Positions 38,216-52,500 of a stretch of 64,000 nt of DNA are shown here, one piece after another. A model generated the notes under the pieces. That model had not been told where the DNA came from, ran no database searches, and was given only the letters and a program-made list of their open reading frames with translations. Both the position numbers and the translations under genes were made by a program. The stretch is from the NCBI GenBank assembly GCA_000146045.2, contig BK006939.2, positions 480,001 through 544,000 of the forward strand, in the 5' to 3' direction. The stretch comes from TPA_inf: Saccharomyces (taxonomy: Eukaryota). Position 1 is the stretch's first letter, and each line of letters opens with the position of its first letter.

Positions 38216-40771
38216 ATGCCGAAGAATAGTCACCACCATCGTTCCAGTTCGGTTAATTCCACAAAGAGTCGTTCTACGGAATCTACGAATAAATGGAAAA
38301 TTCCGCACTATTATCGCAGATCCGCTAGCGGCAGCACACAAGCTTCGCCGGACAGGAACTCCTCAACAGGCTCATGTAGCACTCCAGTATTACCTACTAT
38401 GAATGTTATGTCTAGCCCGAAAAAAGTTTTGCTAGAGGATCCCAGAGACAACCATACTAAGGCGAAGAAGAGTAGTAGAAAGAAATCAGGTGAAATGGTC
38501 TTCGTCAATTATACTGTACAGGACACGGCTAACGAAAATGATACTGACTTGCAAACCCAGCCGGTTTCTGTGCCAGCACCAAAGGCGAAATTAAAGAAGA
38601 AATCCTCCAAAAGGAGAATGCTGAAGATATTTGGATCGTCAAAGAACGAACACATAGAGGACATCGTTGAAGAGCAACCAATGGTGCTTCAAATGGATTC
38701 AGAATCTAAACCCCTTTCGGGAACCCCTATCTCAGAAAGCGGAATCGACGCCTCGTCACTAACAACCAAAAGATCTTATAACTCGTTCTTAAAACACAAT
38801 AGGCTAAACGGTAAAACTCCGTTCTCTGGAAACTTGTCCTTTCCATCATTAAACATGATGGGTAACACTACTGATCTGCCTATTGACAATAACGATTTTT
38901 GTTCCGAGAAAGAAGTCGTTCCGAAATCAACTCATGATCCTTCACTAGCAAAACCGCCATCAAGGTTCACTGAAAGCGAAACAAATTCTACTCCCAACTT
39001 ATCAAGTATACCTCTCATGAACACAAAAAATACAAGATTGAAGTACAATAAAGTGGCGCCTCAGAGTTCAGACCGACAAAAGTCACAGGAAAGTGGGCTA
39101 TATCATTCTACCGAATCATTCAACTTCAAAGATCAAAACTACAGTAACAATAAATCCTCTTTAAGTCTGAACTCCGATTTAAGTACACCCCACTTTGCAA
39201 AGCATTCACCTGATTCACCAAGAACTTCAAGATCTTTCAACTGCGGAGACTCACAAAGTAAAGTTAAATTACCGGAAGAAAATGACGCTTCTATTGCATT
39301 TAGTAAGATGTTTACTAGAAAACGAGCCAACACTGGCGGGTCCACGTGTTCGCTAGCCTCACCCACTATTGCACAAACTATTCAGCAATCAAATATAAAA
39401 GTTAATAAATTGCCAACTCAGCGAACCACTTCAGTTGGCTCATTATCATCCATGTCAAATCGTTATTCACCAATAAGAGTTGCATCGCCAGGAAGAGCAA
39501 GATCCGCAACTCGTGGGTCTTCCCTTTATAGATTATCCAGAGACCTTAATTCTTTACCAAGCGTCACTGATCTACCAGAAATGGATAGTACAACCCCAGT
39601 TAACGAAATATTCTTGGATGGCCAACCACAGCATAAAAGTGGCAGTGTCAAAGGAGGGCATAGGAAGAAACAAGAATCTATCTCTGATGCTCAAAGAATT
39701 CAACATTCTAATTCGTACATTACAACACCTTCATCTTCTCTGGTGACTCCTCCTTACTACATGACAGGTTACACATTACCAAGTTCTGCATCTGCTTCTT
39801 CAACTCCAAATGTGCTTGAAACACACAATATGAACTTTGTTCCAAGTACCAGTACTGTTACAAGTTATCGCCCATCTAGCAATTTTTCCTCATTTGACAA
39901 AGAATACAGTAACGAAAACGACGCTAGTGGGGAATTCTCTGCTTTCAATACTCCAATGGAGAATATACCGGCACTAAAAGGTATACCTAGATCCACGTTA
40001 GAAGAAAATGAAGAAGAGGATGTCCTAGTACAAGATATTCCGAATACGGCACACTTCCAAAGAAGGGATATTATGGGGATGGATACTCACAGAAAGGATG
40101 ACAGTTTAGATTTTAACTCTTTGATGCCACACGGTAGTACAACTAGTAGCAGCATCGTAGATTCTGTTATGACGAACTCAATATCCACTACAACAAGCAA
40201 CGCGACCGGAAACTACTTTCAAGATCAAGATAAGTATACATTGGTAAATACGGGATTGGGATTGAGTGATGCAAACCTCGATCATTTTATTAGATCTCAA
40301 TGGAAACACGCTTCTCGATCAGAATCCAATAATAATACCGGAAATCGCGTTTCTTACAGTGGCTCAACACCAAACAATGTTGATACAACAAAGACTAATT
40401 TGCAAGTGTATACCGAGTTCGATTTTGAAAACCCAGAGTCGTTTTTCCATGAGCAATCGAAGCTACTAGGTGAGATGGGCCACAGCAATAACAACAGCAA
40501 CAGCGCCATCAACATGAATGAACCCAAGTCTGCGGATACATACATTGGAAATATATCTCCGGATACTTCAGCAACTGTTTCATTAGGCGACCTGATGGGC
40601 TCAAACGTTTCAAACAACAGTGAAAGAAATTTTTACGATGGTCATACTTTCGTTCCACAGTATCAGGCGAACTCATCTGTGGAAAACTCAAATAATCAAA
40701 ATGCAGCACCAATTGCAAATAACGACATTGATAATAATTTACAGTCTTTTTATTTTGATAATAGCAACTAA
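38216..40771 (+). CDS. BCK2: BCK2, Ser/Thr-rich protein promoting G1/S transcription (851 aa)
   Basis: An 851-aa low-complexity S/T/N-rich ORF. The length is exact and the position fits YER167W. Confidence 0.85.
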   Translation: MPKNSHHHRSSSVNSTKSRSTESTNKWKIPHYYRRSASGSTQASPDRNSSTGSCSTPVLPTMNVMSSPKKVLLEDPRDNHTKAKKSSRKKSGEMVFVNYTVQDTANENDTDLQTQPVSVPAPKAKLKKKSSKRRMLKIFGSSKNEHIEDIVEEQPMVLQMDSESKPLSGTPISESGIDASSLTTKRSYNSFLKHNRLNGKTPFSGNLSFPSLNMMGNTTDLPIDNNDFCSEKEVVPKSTHDPSLAKPPSRFTESETNSTPNLSSIPLMNTKNTRLKYNKVAPQSSDRQKSQESGLYHSTESFNFKDQNYSNNKSSLSLNSDLSTPHFAKHSPDSPRTSRSFNCGDSQSKVKLPEENDASIAFSKMFTRKRANTGGSTCSLASPTIAQTIQQSNIKVNKLPTQRTTSVGSLSSMSNRYSPIRVASPGRARSATRGSSLYRLSRDLNSLPSVTDLPEMDSTTPVNEIFLDGQPQHKSGSVKGGHRKKQESISDAQRIQHSNSYITTPSSSLVTPPYYMTGYTLPSSASASSTPNVLETHNMNFVPSTSTVTSYRPSSNFSSFDKEYSNENDASGEFSAFNTPMENIPALKGIPRSTLEENEEEDVLVQDIPNTAHFQRRDIMGMDTHRKDDSLDFNSLMPHGSTTSSSIVDSVMTNSISTTTSNATGNYFQDQDKYTLVNTGLGLSDANLDHFIRSQWKHASRSESNNNTGNRVSYSGSTPNNVDTTKTNLQVYTEFDFENPESFFHEQSKLLGEMGHSNNNSNSAINMNEPKSADTYIGNISPDTSATVSLGDLMGSNVSNNSERNFYDGHTFVPQYQANSSVENSNNQNAAPIANNDIDNNLQSFYFDNSN

Positions 40772-41028
40772 AAAAGGAATGAAAAAAAAAAAAAAAAGTT
40801 CAAAAATAGTAACAGATATCTTTCGAAAAAGTTAAAAACTGGTAAAAAATTTTGAATAGAGTATATAAAAACTAATAAATATGTTTAGTTATCATACACC
40901 ATAGAATAACTACTAGAGATATTATTTCATTTTCGTTTTCATTTTTTTTATTTTTTTCTTTTCAATAAGGTAACAGAAAGTTATTTATGCATTCTTGTTC
41001 TACATGTCTTATGTATACTAATAAGCTA

Positions 41029-42669
41029 CTACAGGTATTTTGGTAGTATGGCTTTTAAATGAGTTATTAATTCTTGATCAGTCCCTGTAGGATTATCAAA
41101 CTGCCACCTAATCGCTTCGTTATTAATTTTACCCAGCCATGGACCTGGCTTCATTTGAAGTAGTTTTGCCATTTGTTTTCCGTCCACTATTGGTTTTAGT
41201 TCATGACAATTATTCAAATTATTGTCAAATATGTAAGAATAAAATTCATTGTAATTTTGGAAAAGTAATTCAATTTTTTTAGTTTCAAGCTTGGGAATCT
41301 TTAAAAATGCATCTGATAGAGATGCAAAATGTGCTGTTTCCCATTCGCCATTAAAGTTCCGTAGAAATATACCGATTTCGGATTTTTTTAGCTGGGAACG
41401 ATCTGCAAACTTAGCAAGTATTTCCTCATATGAACATATTGAATCTACGGTCTTGGCAATAACTGCTGCATCATTTTTACTCAGCTTCAATCCTTCCTTC
41501 ACAATGCTTTCTGTCACCGAAACCAGGTTGTTAATTTTCTTCTTTGGGTTCCCGATTATTTGTAAATTAGCCATGGGGGACAGGATCGCACTCAATATAA
41601 AATTTTGCTGAAATCCTGGCGAACGACCAATTTTTTCCCTTAAGATAGGAAGCTTCTCTAAAAACATTGGATATAATTCAATAAAACTTTTCAAGTGTGA
41701 GTTTAGTATGTTATCATTGTATACATGATTAATTTTGTCCATATCTTGACAATTCTCTTCGTTGAATTTTACGACGGAGCTATCATTATGCCAAAAAAAG
41801 ATAACATTTTCAAGATGAGCCCTTTGAATCAGCTGCAAAGCCAATAAAGGGGTTGGTCCTACTAATATTTTCTCCATCTCCACACCAACTCGCTCTCTAG
41901 AAATTTTTGAATTGAATGCAACATTAATCTGAGGATCGCCCATTTCAGCCATCACTTCCGGATCTATGGTAAAGTTGAATCTAGAAGCAAAACGGATCAA
42001 CCTCAAAACCCTCAAGGGATCATCCAAAAATGTTTGTTTTGCAGGAAGCGGAGTACGGAGAACGCCATCTTTTAGATCTTGCAGACCTCTCTTGGTGAAA
42101 TCTTCCACTTCACCTTTATGAATGTTATAGAAAAGAGCGTTCAATGTAGCATCCCTTCTTAAAGCGTCTTCCTCGGGTGTGCCAAAGCACACTTTAGGTA
42201 TCCTGGAAAGTTCAGTATACTTTTCAGATCTTAAATTGACAAAATCCACTTCAACGCCAAAGAGCTTAGTAGTGGCAGTTTCCAGATGCTTGGATTTCTC
42301 GGGATTCTTGTCAATCTTGTGGATATTATGAGGCTTGGCTCCATATTTGGCGTAATGTTGTTGCAAATACTCGTTCAAACCAGTAGCAAATTGCTCACCT
42401 GACATCACATTGATGGCAATATCCAAGTCGTGAGAACCTTGTCCCAGAAGCTTGTCACGCACCCATCCGCCCGTGATCCGAAGAGTCAATGGCTCAGGCT
42501 TATTGTGGTACTTTTGATTGTACAAGTCTGTATAATCGTTCAGCAAGTTACAGATGTTCTGTTCCACTTTGGTTAAGGTGATTTTGGGTGCATTTAGAAC
42601 AAAATTAGAATTCGTCATCGTTTTCTGAGCAGCACTATTCATCAGTAGAGATATAGTAGACCGTAGCAT
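41029..42669 (-). CDS. CCA1: CCA1, tRNA nucleotidyltransferase (CCA-adding enzyme), 546 aa from the first ATG. There are in-frame ATGs at codons 1, 10 and 18.
   Basis: It has the class II nucleotidyltransferase head motifs GGWVRD and DLDIA. The N-terminus reads MLRSTISLLMNSAAQKTMTNSN, with three Met. The track ORF begins 2 codons further upstream at a TTG. Confidence 0.92.
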   Translation of the reverse strand: MLRSTISLLMNSAAQKTMTNSNFVLNAPKITLTKVEQNICNLLNDYTDLYNQKYHNKPEPLTLRITGGWVRDKLLGQGSHDLDIAINVMSGEQFATGLNEYLQQHYAKYGAKPHNIHKIDKNPEKSKHLETATTKLFGVEVDFVNLRSEKYTELSRIPKVCFGTPEEDALRRDATLNALFYNIHKGEVEDFTKRGLQDLKDGVLRTPLPAKQTFLDDPLRVLRLIRFASRFNFTIDPEVMAEMGDPQINVAFNSKISRERVGVEMEKILVGPTPLLALQLIQRAHLENVIFFWHNDSSVVKFNEENCQDMDKINHVYNDNILNSHLKSFIELYPMFLEKLPILREKIGRSPGFQQNFILSAILSPMANLQIIGNPKKKINNLVSVTESIVKEGLKLSKNDAAVIAKTVDSICSYEEILAKFADRSQLKKSEIGIFLRNFNGEWETAHFASLSDAFLKIPKLETKKIELLFQNYNEFYSYIFDNNLNNCHELKPIVDGKQMAKLLQMKPGPWLGKINNEAIRWQFDNPTGTDQELITHLKAILPKYL

Positions 42670-42970
42670 ACACAAAAAAAGCCCTTATAACCCACGGATA
42701 CGAATTAATCTCGAGGGAAGCGTTGCGATGTATTATGTAGTTTCCTTTAGTACATTGTTAATATGGTAGATTTTTGCGATTCATTTTTCAACTTTTCAAC
42801 CCTAACGAATGTTTTTTAGGGCTGAGTAACGACAAGAACACAACCCTAAAAATCAGATGACCTAAGGGTTTGGTGAATCGAGAAAGTATGCCCTATTTCC
42901 CCCGCCCATACACCCCATAAGCCTTAACCGCAGCCCTCCTCTCCCCTAAACGTTTCTTTTTCTTTTTCCA

Positions 42971-42986
42971 TTTTTTTTTTTTTTTT
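42971..42986. promoter_or_regulatory. Poly(dT) tract (T16) in the divergent CCA1/RPH1 promoter, a likely nucleosome-depleting element
   Basis: The homopolymer run is visible. There are similar tracts at 12182-12195 (A14), 23931-23944 (A14), 40782-40797 (A16, BCK2/CCA1 3' region) and 61506-61518 (T13). Confidence 0.6.
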
Positions 42987-43332
42987 AGTTTTACTTTCTT
43001 TTTATTCGGAAAAATCTTTTCTATATTTTTCAAGGGTAACCTCATCGCCATGCAATTAATCACATAGACTCCTTAAGTAACAATGGCAAGGCGATAATTT
43101 TAAGAGAATTGCAGACGCTGTACATAGATCGTTATCAGCAAAACATATATTCGCATCGAAGGCGTTGCTTGTCCCTGAAGTAGCTACTTGCGGTTTTCAT
43201 CAAGCGGCCAATTTAATCATTCTATCAGCATTATTTTAAAATAGGGGGACTTAACCTTTCTATTAGTACCACTTATTTTATAGATCTGCTGGAGAAAAAT
43301 AAACAGATAAAAAAAAGGGAAAAAAAGAATAA

Positions 43333-45759
<2,427 letters not shown>

Positions 45760-45973
45760 CTCACGATTGCCAGTTGTTTACCGAGATCTCTCATTTTGAA
45801 GGCTCTTAAAATGTGCTCGGTCGGCCGGGAATTCGCGAAAACCCACATTCACTAATAAATACCATTACAATAACCATCATTATATAGATACACATGTGTA
45901 GAAAAGGATAATATACGTATATATATTTGTTTGTAAATCTTTAAATTTTCAGGAACAGGGTTAGCAAGCATCA

Positions 45974-46651
45974 ATGAAAGCAGACGCGAAACAAATAACA
46001 CATCTACTCAAACCTCTTCGACTTTTATTATTGGGGGCTCCAGGGTCAGGTAAAGGGACACAGACTTCGAGATTACTAAAGCAAATTCCACAATTATCTT
46101 CAATTTCGTCAGGCGACATTTTACGTCAGGAAATAAAATCTGAATCTACCCTAGGCCGAGAGGCTACTACCTACATTGCTCAAGGCAAGTTATTACCGGA
46201 TGATCTCATAACGCGTCTGATAACTTTTCGTCTTTCGGCATTGGGTTGGTTAAAACCATCTGCCATGTGGTTGCTCGATGGATTTCCTCGAACTACTGCG
46301 CAAGCTTCTGCCTTAGACGAGCTGCTGAAACAGCATGACGCCAGCTTGAATCTAGTGGTAGAGCTAGATGTACCCGAATCCACCATATTAGAAAGGATCG
46401 AGAACAGATATGTTCACGTTCCTAGTGGGAGAGTGTATAACTTACAATATAATCCTCCCAAAGTGCCAGGATTAGACGATATCACCGGAGAACCATTGAC
46501 CAAGAGGCTTGATGACACAGCGGAAGTGTTTAAAAAAAGGCTAGAAGAGTACAAGAAAACAAATGAGCCTTTAAAAGATTATTACAAAAAAAGTGGGATT
46601 TTTGGTACCGTCTCTGGGGAAACATCAGATATTATCTTCCGAAATTATTGA
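45974..46651 (+). CDS. ADK2: ADK2, mitochondrial adenylate kinase / GTP:AMP phosphotransferase (225 aa)
   Basis: It has the adenylate-kinase P-loop LLLLGAPGSGKGTQ. The 225-aa length is exact and the position fits YER170W. Confidence 0.88.
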   Translation: MKADAKQITHLLKPLRLLLLGAPGSGKGTQTSRLLKQIPQLSSISSGDILRQEIKSESTLGREATTYIAQGKLLPDDLITRLITFRLSALGWLKPSAMWLLDGFPRTTAQASALDELLKQHDASLNLVVELDVPESTILERIENRYVHVPSGRVYNLQYNPPKVPGLDDITGEPLTKRLDDTAEVFKKRLEEYKKTNEPLKDYYKKSGIFGTVSGETSDIIFRNY

Positions 46652-47081
46652 ACCTTATAACCAGCAAATTCGGCTAATAGGGTGATTTAACGCTACACTA
46701 ACTGCAAGTATATGTTAACCTTCCCCGAGACTTTGAAAAACCGTGACTCTAGTTGGAAGTCAGCATCTCGTCAACCAAATGATTACAGTTCACTTTGAAT
46801 ATTCTGAATAGCCTTTATGATATGAGTTAATCCTATATTAATCATGGCCGACGGCATTTAAGCGATGTATATGAAATTTATGAAAAATTAAAGTAGCGTA
46901 CTTTATGCTACATAGCTTTTGAAAAGAAATCTCTGGTCTGTAAATAATAAATAAATATATATATATGTATATCTTAAAGTTGACAAAGTACTGTTAGCCA
47001 TTCATAGAAATACTATATTTCATCTTGGGTTGAAGGTGATAATCGGCCCGATTTGACTACACTTTAAGAAGATTGGAAACA

Positions 47082-49418
47082 ATGAAGTTTTATATAGATG
47101 ATTTACCAGTGCTTTTTCCATACCCCAAGATATATCCAGAGCAGTATAATTATATGTGCGATATTAAAAAGACTCTGGATGTAGGTGGAAATAGTATCTT
47201 GGAGATGCCTTCAGGAACAGGTAAAACGGTCTCATTACTATCCCTCACAATTGCCTACCAGATGCACTACCCAGAACATAGAAAGATCATATATTGTTCT
47301 CGTACTATGTCTGAAATTGAAAAAGCTTTAGTAGAGTTAGAGAACCTTATGGATTACAGAACTAAAGAACTAGGCTATCAAGAGGATTTTCGAGGTCTTG
47401 GCTTGACATCAAGAAAAAATTTGTGTTTGCATCCCGAAGTGAGTAAGGAACGAAAAGGTACAGTAGTCGATGAAAAGTGCCGTAGAATGACAAATGGGCA
47501 GGCGAAGAGAAAATTAGAAGAGGATCCAGAGGCAAATGTAGAATTGTGTGAATACCATGAGAATTTGTACAATATTGAAGTAGAGGATTATCTTCCAAAA
47601 GGCGTATTTTCTTTTGAAAAACTTTTGAAATACTGCGAAGAAAAAACACTTTGTCCATATTTTATTGTTCGTCGTATGATTTCTCTTTGTAACATTATTA
47701 TTTATTCTTACCATTATCTATTAGATCCTAAAATTGCTGAAAGAGTTTCCAACGAGGTTTCTAAAGATAGCATTGTCATTTTTGATGAAGCGCACAATAT
47801 TGATAATGTGTGTATCGAATCGCTGTCATTAGACTTGACAACGGATGCATTGAGAAGAGCCACACGAGGTGCTAATGCGTTAGATGAACGTATTTCTGAG
47901 GTCAGAAAGGTTGACTCACAGAAATTACAGGATGAATACGAAAAACTAGTTCAAGGTCTCCATTCTGCAGATATTCTTACCGACCAGGAAGAGCCATTTG
48001 TGGAAACACCTGTATTGCCCCAAGATCTTCTAACAGAAGCAATCCCGGGAAATATACGAAGAGCCGAGCATTTTGTTTCATTTTTGAAAAGATTGATAGA
48101 ATATCTGAAGACCAGAATGAAAGTTCTTCACGTTATTTCAGAAACGCCAAAATCATTTCTACAGCATTTAAAACAGTTAACTTTCATAGAAAGGAAACCT
48201 CTTCGGTTTTGCTCAGAAAGGCTATCATTACTTGTAAGAACTTTAGAAGTTACAGAGGTAGAAGATTTTACTGCATTGAAAGACATAGCAACTTTTGCTA
48301 CTCTTATATCAACATATGAGGAAGGGTTTTTACTAATTATTGAACCGTATGAAATCGAAAATGCTGCAGTTCCGAATCCGATTATGAGATTTACTTGCTT
48401 AGATGCATCGATTGCCATCAAACCAGTCTTTGAGAGATTTTCTTCCGTTATTATCACTTCAGGGACCATATCACCATTAGACATGTATCCAAGAATGTTA
48501 AACTTTAAAACTGTTTTACAAAAATCATATGCCATGACCTTAGCCAAAAAATCATTTCTACCAATGATTATTACCAAGGGTTCTGATCAAGTTGCAATTT
48601 CTTCAAGATTTGAAATCAGAAACGATCCTAGTATTGTTCGTAATTACGGTTCTATGCTAGTAGAGTTTGCCAAGATCACACCTGATGGAATGGTTGTTTT
48701 TTTCCCCTCATATCTATATATGGAAAGTATTGTTTCAATGTGGCAAACAATGGGTATTCTTGACGAAGTTTGGAAACATAAATTAATTTTAGTTGAGACT
48801 CCTGATGCTCAAGAAACTTCTTTAGCCTTAGAAACCTATAGAAAGGCTTGCTCAAATGGGCGTGGGGCAATTTTGCTTTCTGTTGCTAGAGGAAAGGTAT
48901 CTGAAGGTATCGATTTTGATCATCAATATGGCAGAACTGTGCTGATGATAGGTATCCCGTTTCAATACACAGAATCGCGTATTTTGAAAGCTCGCCTAGA
49001 ATTCATGAGGGAGAACTATCGCATCAGAGAAAACGACTTCTTATCTTTCGATGCGATGAGACATGCAGCTCAATGTCTGGGGAGAGTACTGAGAGGGAAG
49101 GACGACTATGGTGTAATGGTACTAGCAGACCGTAGGTTTTCAAGAAAAAGAAGCCAGTTACCAAAATGGATTGCTCAAGGTTTGTCTGACGCCGATTTGA
49201 ACCTTTCGACTGACATGGCCATATCCAATACCAAACAATTCTTGAGAACAATGGCACAACCCACAGACCCTAAAGACCAAGAGGGTGTATCTGTTTGGAG
49301 TTATGAAGATTTAATAAAGCACCAGAATAGCAGAAAAGATCAAGGTGGATTTATTGAAAACGAAAACAAAGAAGGAGAACAGGATGAAGATGAAGATGAA
49401 GATATAGAAATGCAGTGA
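47082..49418 (+). CDS. RAD3: RAD3, TFIIH 5'-3' DNA helicase (XPD homolog), 778 aa from the first ATG
   Basis: It has Walker A GTGKT (MPSGTGKTVSLL), DEAH (VIFDEAHNIDN), Fe-S-domain cysteines and an acidic C-terminus. The length fits. Confidence 0.93.
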   Translation: MKFYIDDLPVLFPYPKIYPEQYNYMCDIKKTLDVGGNSILEMPSGTGKTVSLLSLTIAYQMHYPEHRKIIYCSRTMSEIEKALVELENLMDYRTKELGYQEDFRGLGLTSRKNLCLHPEVSKERKGTVVDEKCRRMTNGQAKRKLEEDPEANVELCEYHENLYNIEVEDYLPKGVFSFEKLLKYCEEKTLCPYFIVRRMISLCNIIIYSYHYLLDPKIAERVSNEVSKDSIVIFDEAHNIDNVCIESLSLDLTTDALRRATRGANALDERISEVRKVDSQKLQDEYEKLVQGLHSADILTDQEEPFVETPVLPQDLLTEAIPGNIRRAEHFVSFLKRLIEYLKTRMKVLHVISETPKSFLQHLKQLTFIERKPLRFCSERLSLLVRTLEVTEVEDFTALKDIATFATLISTYEEGFLLIIEPYEIENAAVPNPIMRFTCLDASIAIKPVFERFSSVIITSGTISPLDMYPRMLNFKTVLQKSYAMTLAKKSFLPMIITKGSDQVAISSRFEIRNDPSIVRNYGSMLVEFAKITPDGMVVFFPSYLYMESIVSMWQTMGILDEVWKHKLILVETPDAQETSLALETYRKACSNGRGAILLSVARGKVSEGIDFDHQYGRTVLMIGIPFQYTESRILKARLEFMRENYRIRENDFLSFDAMRHAAQCLGRVLRGKDDYGVMVLADRRFSRKRSQLPKWIAQGLSDADLNLSTDMAISNTKQFLRTMAQPTDPKDQEGVSVWSYEDLIKHQNSRKDQGGFIENENKEGEQDEDEDEDIEMQ

Positions 49419-49529
49419 TGCAATGATACGCTTTTGCTATAAACTGTATATATCACAATTAGATTAAATAGCCGCAAGAGAATGTTATATATTGAAATCC
49501 ATTCGATTATCCAGGACTAAACAATGATT

Positions 49530-52500
49530 TTATTTCACATTTATTTCAAAGGACAACTCTTTATCTGCGTCAAGATATGAATCACAGACACACCAAATTG
49601 TTAAGTTATGTTTACCAGATGTCGGAGTGTCAAATTCCAATTCATATTGCTGAGTCTCTTTATTTAAAGTAACTTTCTTGATCGCATAAAGCTCTTTTTT
49701 AGATACTTCACCTAAAACCAACCACCAACTTTCTAGCTTATCAAACGGATACTTTTCAGATGTTACTTGTAAGTTCTCAGGTTCAACATCTCTTGTCAAT
49801 TGAATGGTAATTTTCTGTTTTACACCTGAAATTAACGAATCAGAATTATTCAACGAATAAGTAAGTTCAACGTTGGGGTAATTGTTAACAAACGCGGCGA
49901 CCTGCGCAAGCTGTGAATCAGTAAGCGTTAAAATTTCATCCCTCTCTTCATCCTCAAGGGCCATTATATCATAGACCGTCTCGACGTTAATTTCTTTACA
50001 TTTTTCCAAAATTTTGTTGTTGAAGTGTGGAATCTGTCTCAACGGATTATCAACGTCCCATACACCCTGAATCAACATCTGCGCCAAATCCATGGCGGTA
50101 GTAGCATTCAAATACCCGTTTGCTGAAAGGATATCAACCACTACGTTAATTAGTGGAACAACCTTTTCTAGAATGTCTTTTAAATCATTTTGAAAGTCGA
50201 CAGGTAATTCAAGACGTGAAAAATATGCTTGTAACAATAAGAAAACTTTAAAGCTCACCGAACCAGAAGAGGTGTGTTCAGGGAATCTCAATGGTAGTCT
50301 TTTACTTAATTTGACAAGTAATGCTCTGTCTCCTTTTCTGAGTGGAACACTTTCGAATTCTACTGCTGTTGAAAGAACATACAGCATGTTTTTGAGCGTT
50401 GACGTATTCGATAAAGAAGAAACGAATGACTGAATAGTAAAAAATGATACGCCATAGTGAGAAGCAATTAGCCCGTTGCTCAAGGTAGAAATGATTTCAG
50501 TTGCTTCATCATCTCCTCCATTAACTTCTGCGGTTACTTCAGCTTCTGTATCGTCAATTTCAATGAAGGATGATTCAACTAAGTCATTCAAACAAGTTTC
50601 AACTAAATTACTCAAAAAAACTGAAATTCCATGTGGAGACGTATCCCTTACGCCATAATAGCTTGGATTCACATGGATACGACGATAGAAATACGAATAT
50701 GTAAACCAGTCAACACAATCTTGTTTGCTTTGTATAATAGAATTTGCTATCTCGTTGTTCAGAGTATCATGAATAATATACTGTAGGTAACTCTCAGTAG
50801 GCAAAGGCTCAATTAAGAATTTTTTGTAGTAGGCCTTCATGTTGTGACTTGTCAAAATTAAAACCTTGCCTGCCATTGAATCGTTACCACTAGCTAGTCC
50901 CACCATTTCTAGAAGTTCATTTATGGTATATGGCATATATTTATGCTCTGCACCATCATAAAGGTTGGTTCCTAAAATAATCACTTCATCAGTTTTACAA
51001 GCGAATGCAGAACAATCCTTAGAAATGAGTAAAACCGATACCGCACCATATTCGTATAACCTTTTCACAATTCTTTCATCATTTGATGCCATCCCCTTAT
51101 ACAAAATACCAACACCGTGTTTTAAAGGTGCTCTTAGATGACCATCTGTTAACTTTTCAATGTATGGTACAATTTGCTCTTCTTCAACGTTCAACATATC
51201 CCATTCAATTGCTTTTGAAAACTTCATAAATGCAGACGCAACTTCCATACAATCCTTTCTAGATGGTAAGAACACCGAACTGGAATTACGATTTCCCGCT
51301 GCAGCAGCAGATGCTTCAAATGCCATTTGAAGCATCGAAAAATTGAATGATATGTGCTCAACATCTTTAAATGACTGAATATTAATTTCAAGAGGCTCAA
51401 TTCTTTCGCTTGGAGAAAAGTTGTAGATGTTTGACTTCGTCATACCAGCCCATTCACCAAAATCACGAGCATTTGCCAAACAGTTCGAAAGGCAAACAAA
51501 TCGAATTTTCTTTTCAAGTTGGGTTGCTATAAATATCATTCTAGAAATTAGCGTTTCATACACAGCACCGTAAACACCTTGGCTAATCTCATGAGCGTCA
51601 TCATATATCATTAATTCTAAACTTTGGATGTTCTTCCTTTGTCTCCAACGACGTGACAAAAGCTCAAATTGCACGGGGGTAGCCAAGAGAACATGGCTTT
51701 TTGCTAATAATTTTAAATTTAGTGAAGGATCATTTCCTAGCTTATTTATTATCTTACCACCAGCAAGATGAGAGAACCTTTTATTCCAATCAGATAGCAA
51801 AAAATCAATTTTTTCCCCAGACGGATTGATATAAACCGCTCTTCCTTTATTCTGTCTCCAATGATTTAACAGTGCTAATTCAGCCATAGCTGTTTTACCT
51901 GTGCCCTTTCCTGAACCTACAAAGACCGAGTCATTCGAATTGTAGAGAGACTCGAAGACCTGGCTCTGAATCTTGTTGAAAGTTTTAAATTCAAATACTT
52001 CGGAAAAATCATCATTGCCAAGCTCTGATGTTGAAATACTAATATTCTCCAGAAGGGGAGTAGGAGGAGGAAATTTTTTCGGAAGTTTAAATCCATTGAA
52101 GGAAACTGGAATCTCGAATTCACTGTGCCACCAATTTTCTGATATCAAAGTAAGGAAGAAATTAGGTGGTAAGTTATTTTGATTGTGCTGCTTTAACTCA
52201 TAAGTAAAGGATAAGGTAAATTCATGACCAACTATATCTGGAGTGATGAATAGTACGTCATAATAAAGTATTGAATCACCATCAGTGTCTTCTAGCATGA
52301 GCAAAAAAGGTTCAAGGGAACCGTGTACATTCATATCCCATATCCAGTCGGCTATTATTTCAATGTTGAACCTCATAACGCTACGGGTAATTGGCTGAGC
52401 GTTGCATGTTACGGACATTTTGGGAAATCTTTTCAATAAATCGTAAACCTGTTTTCCATATTTTTCAGATCTGATTGCACGACCAACTTCGGCAGGTGTT

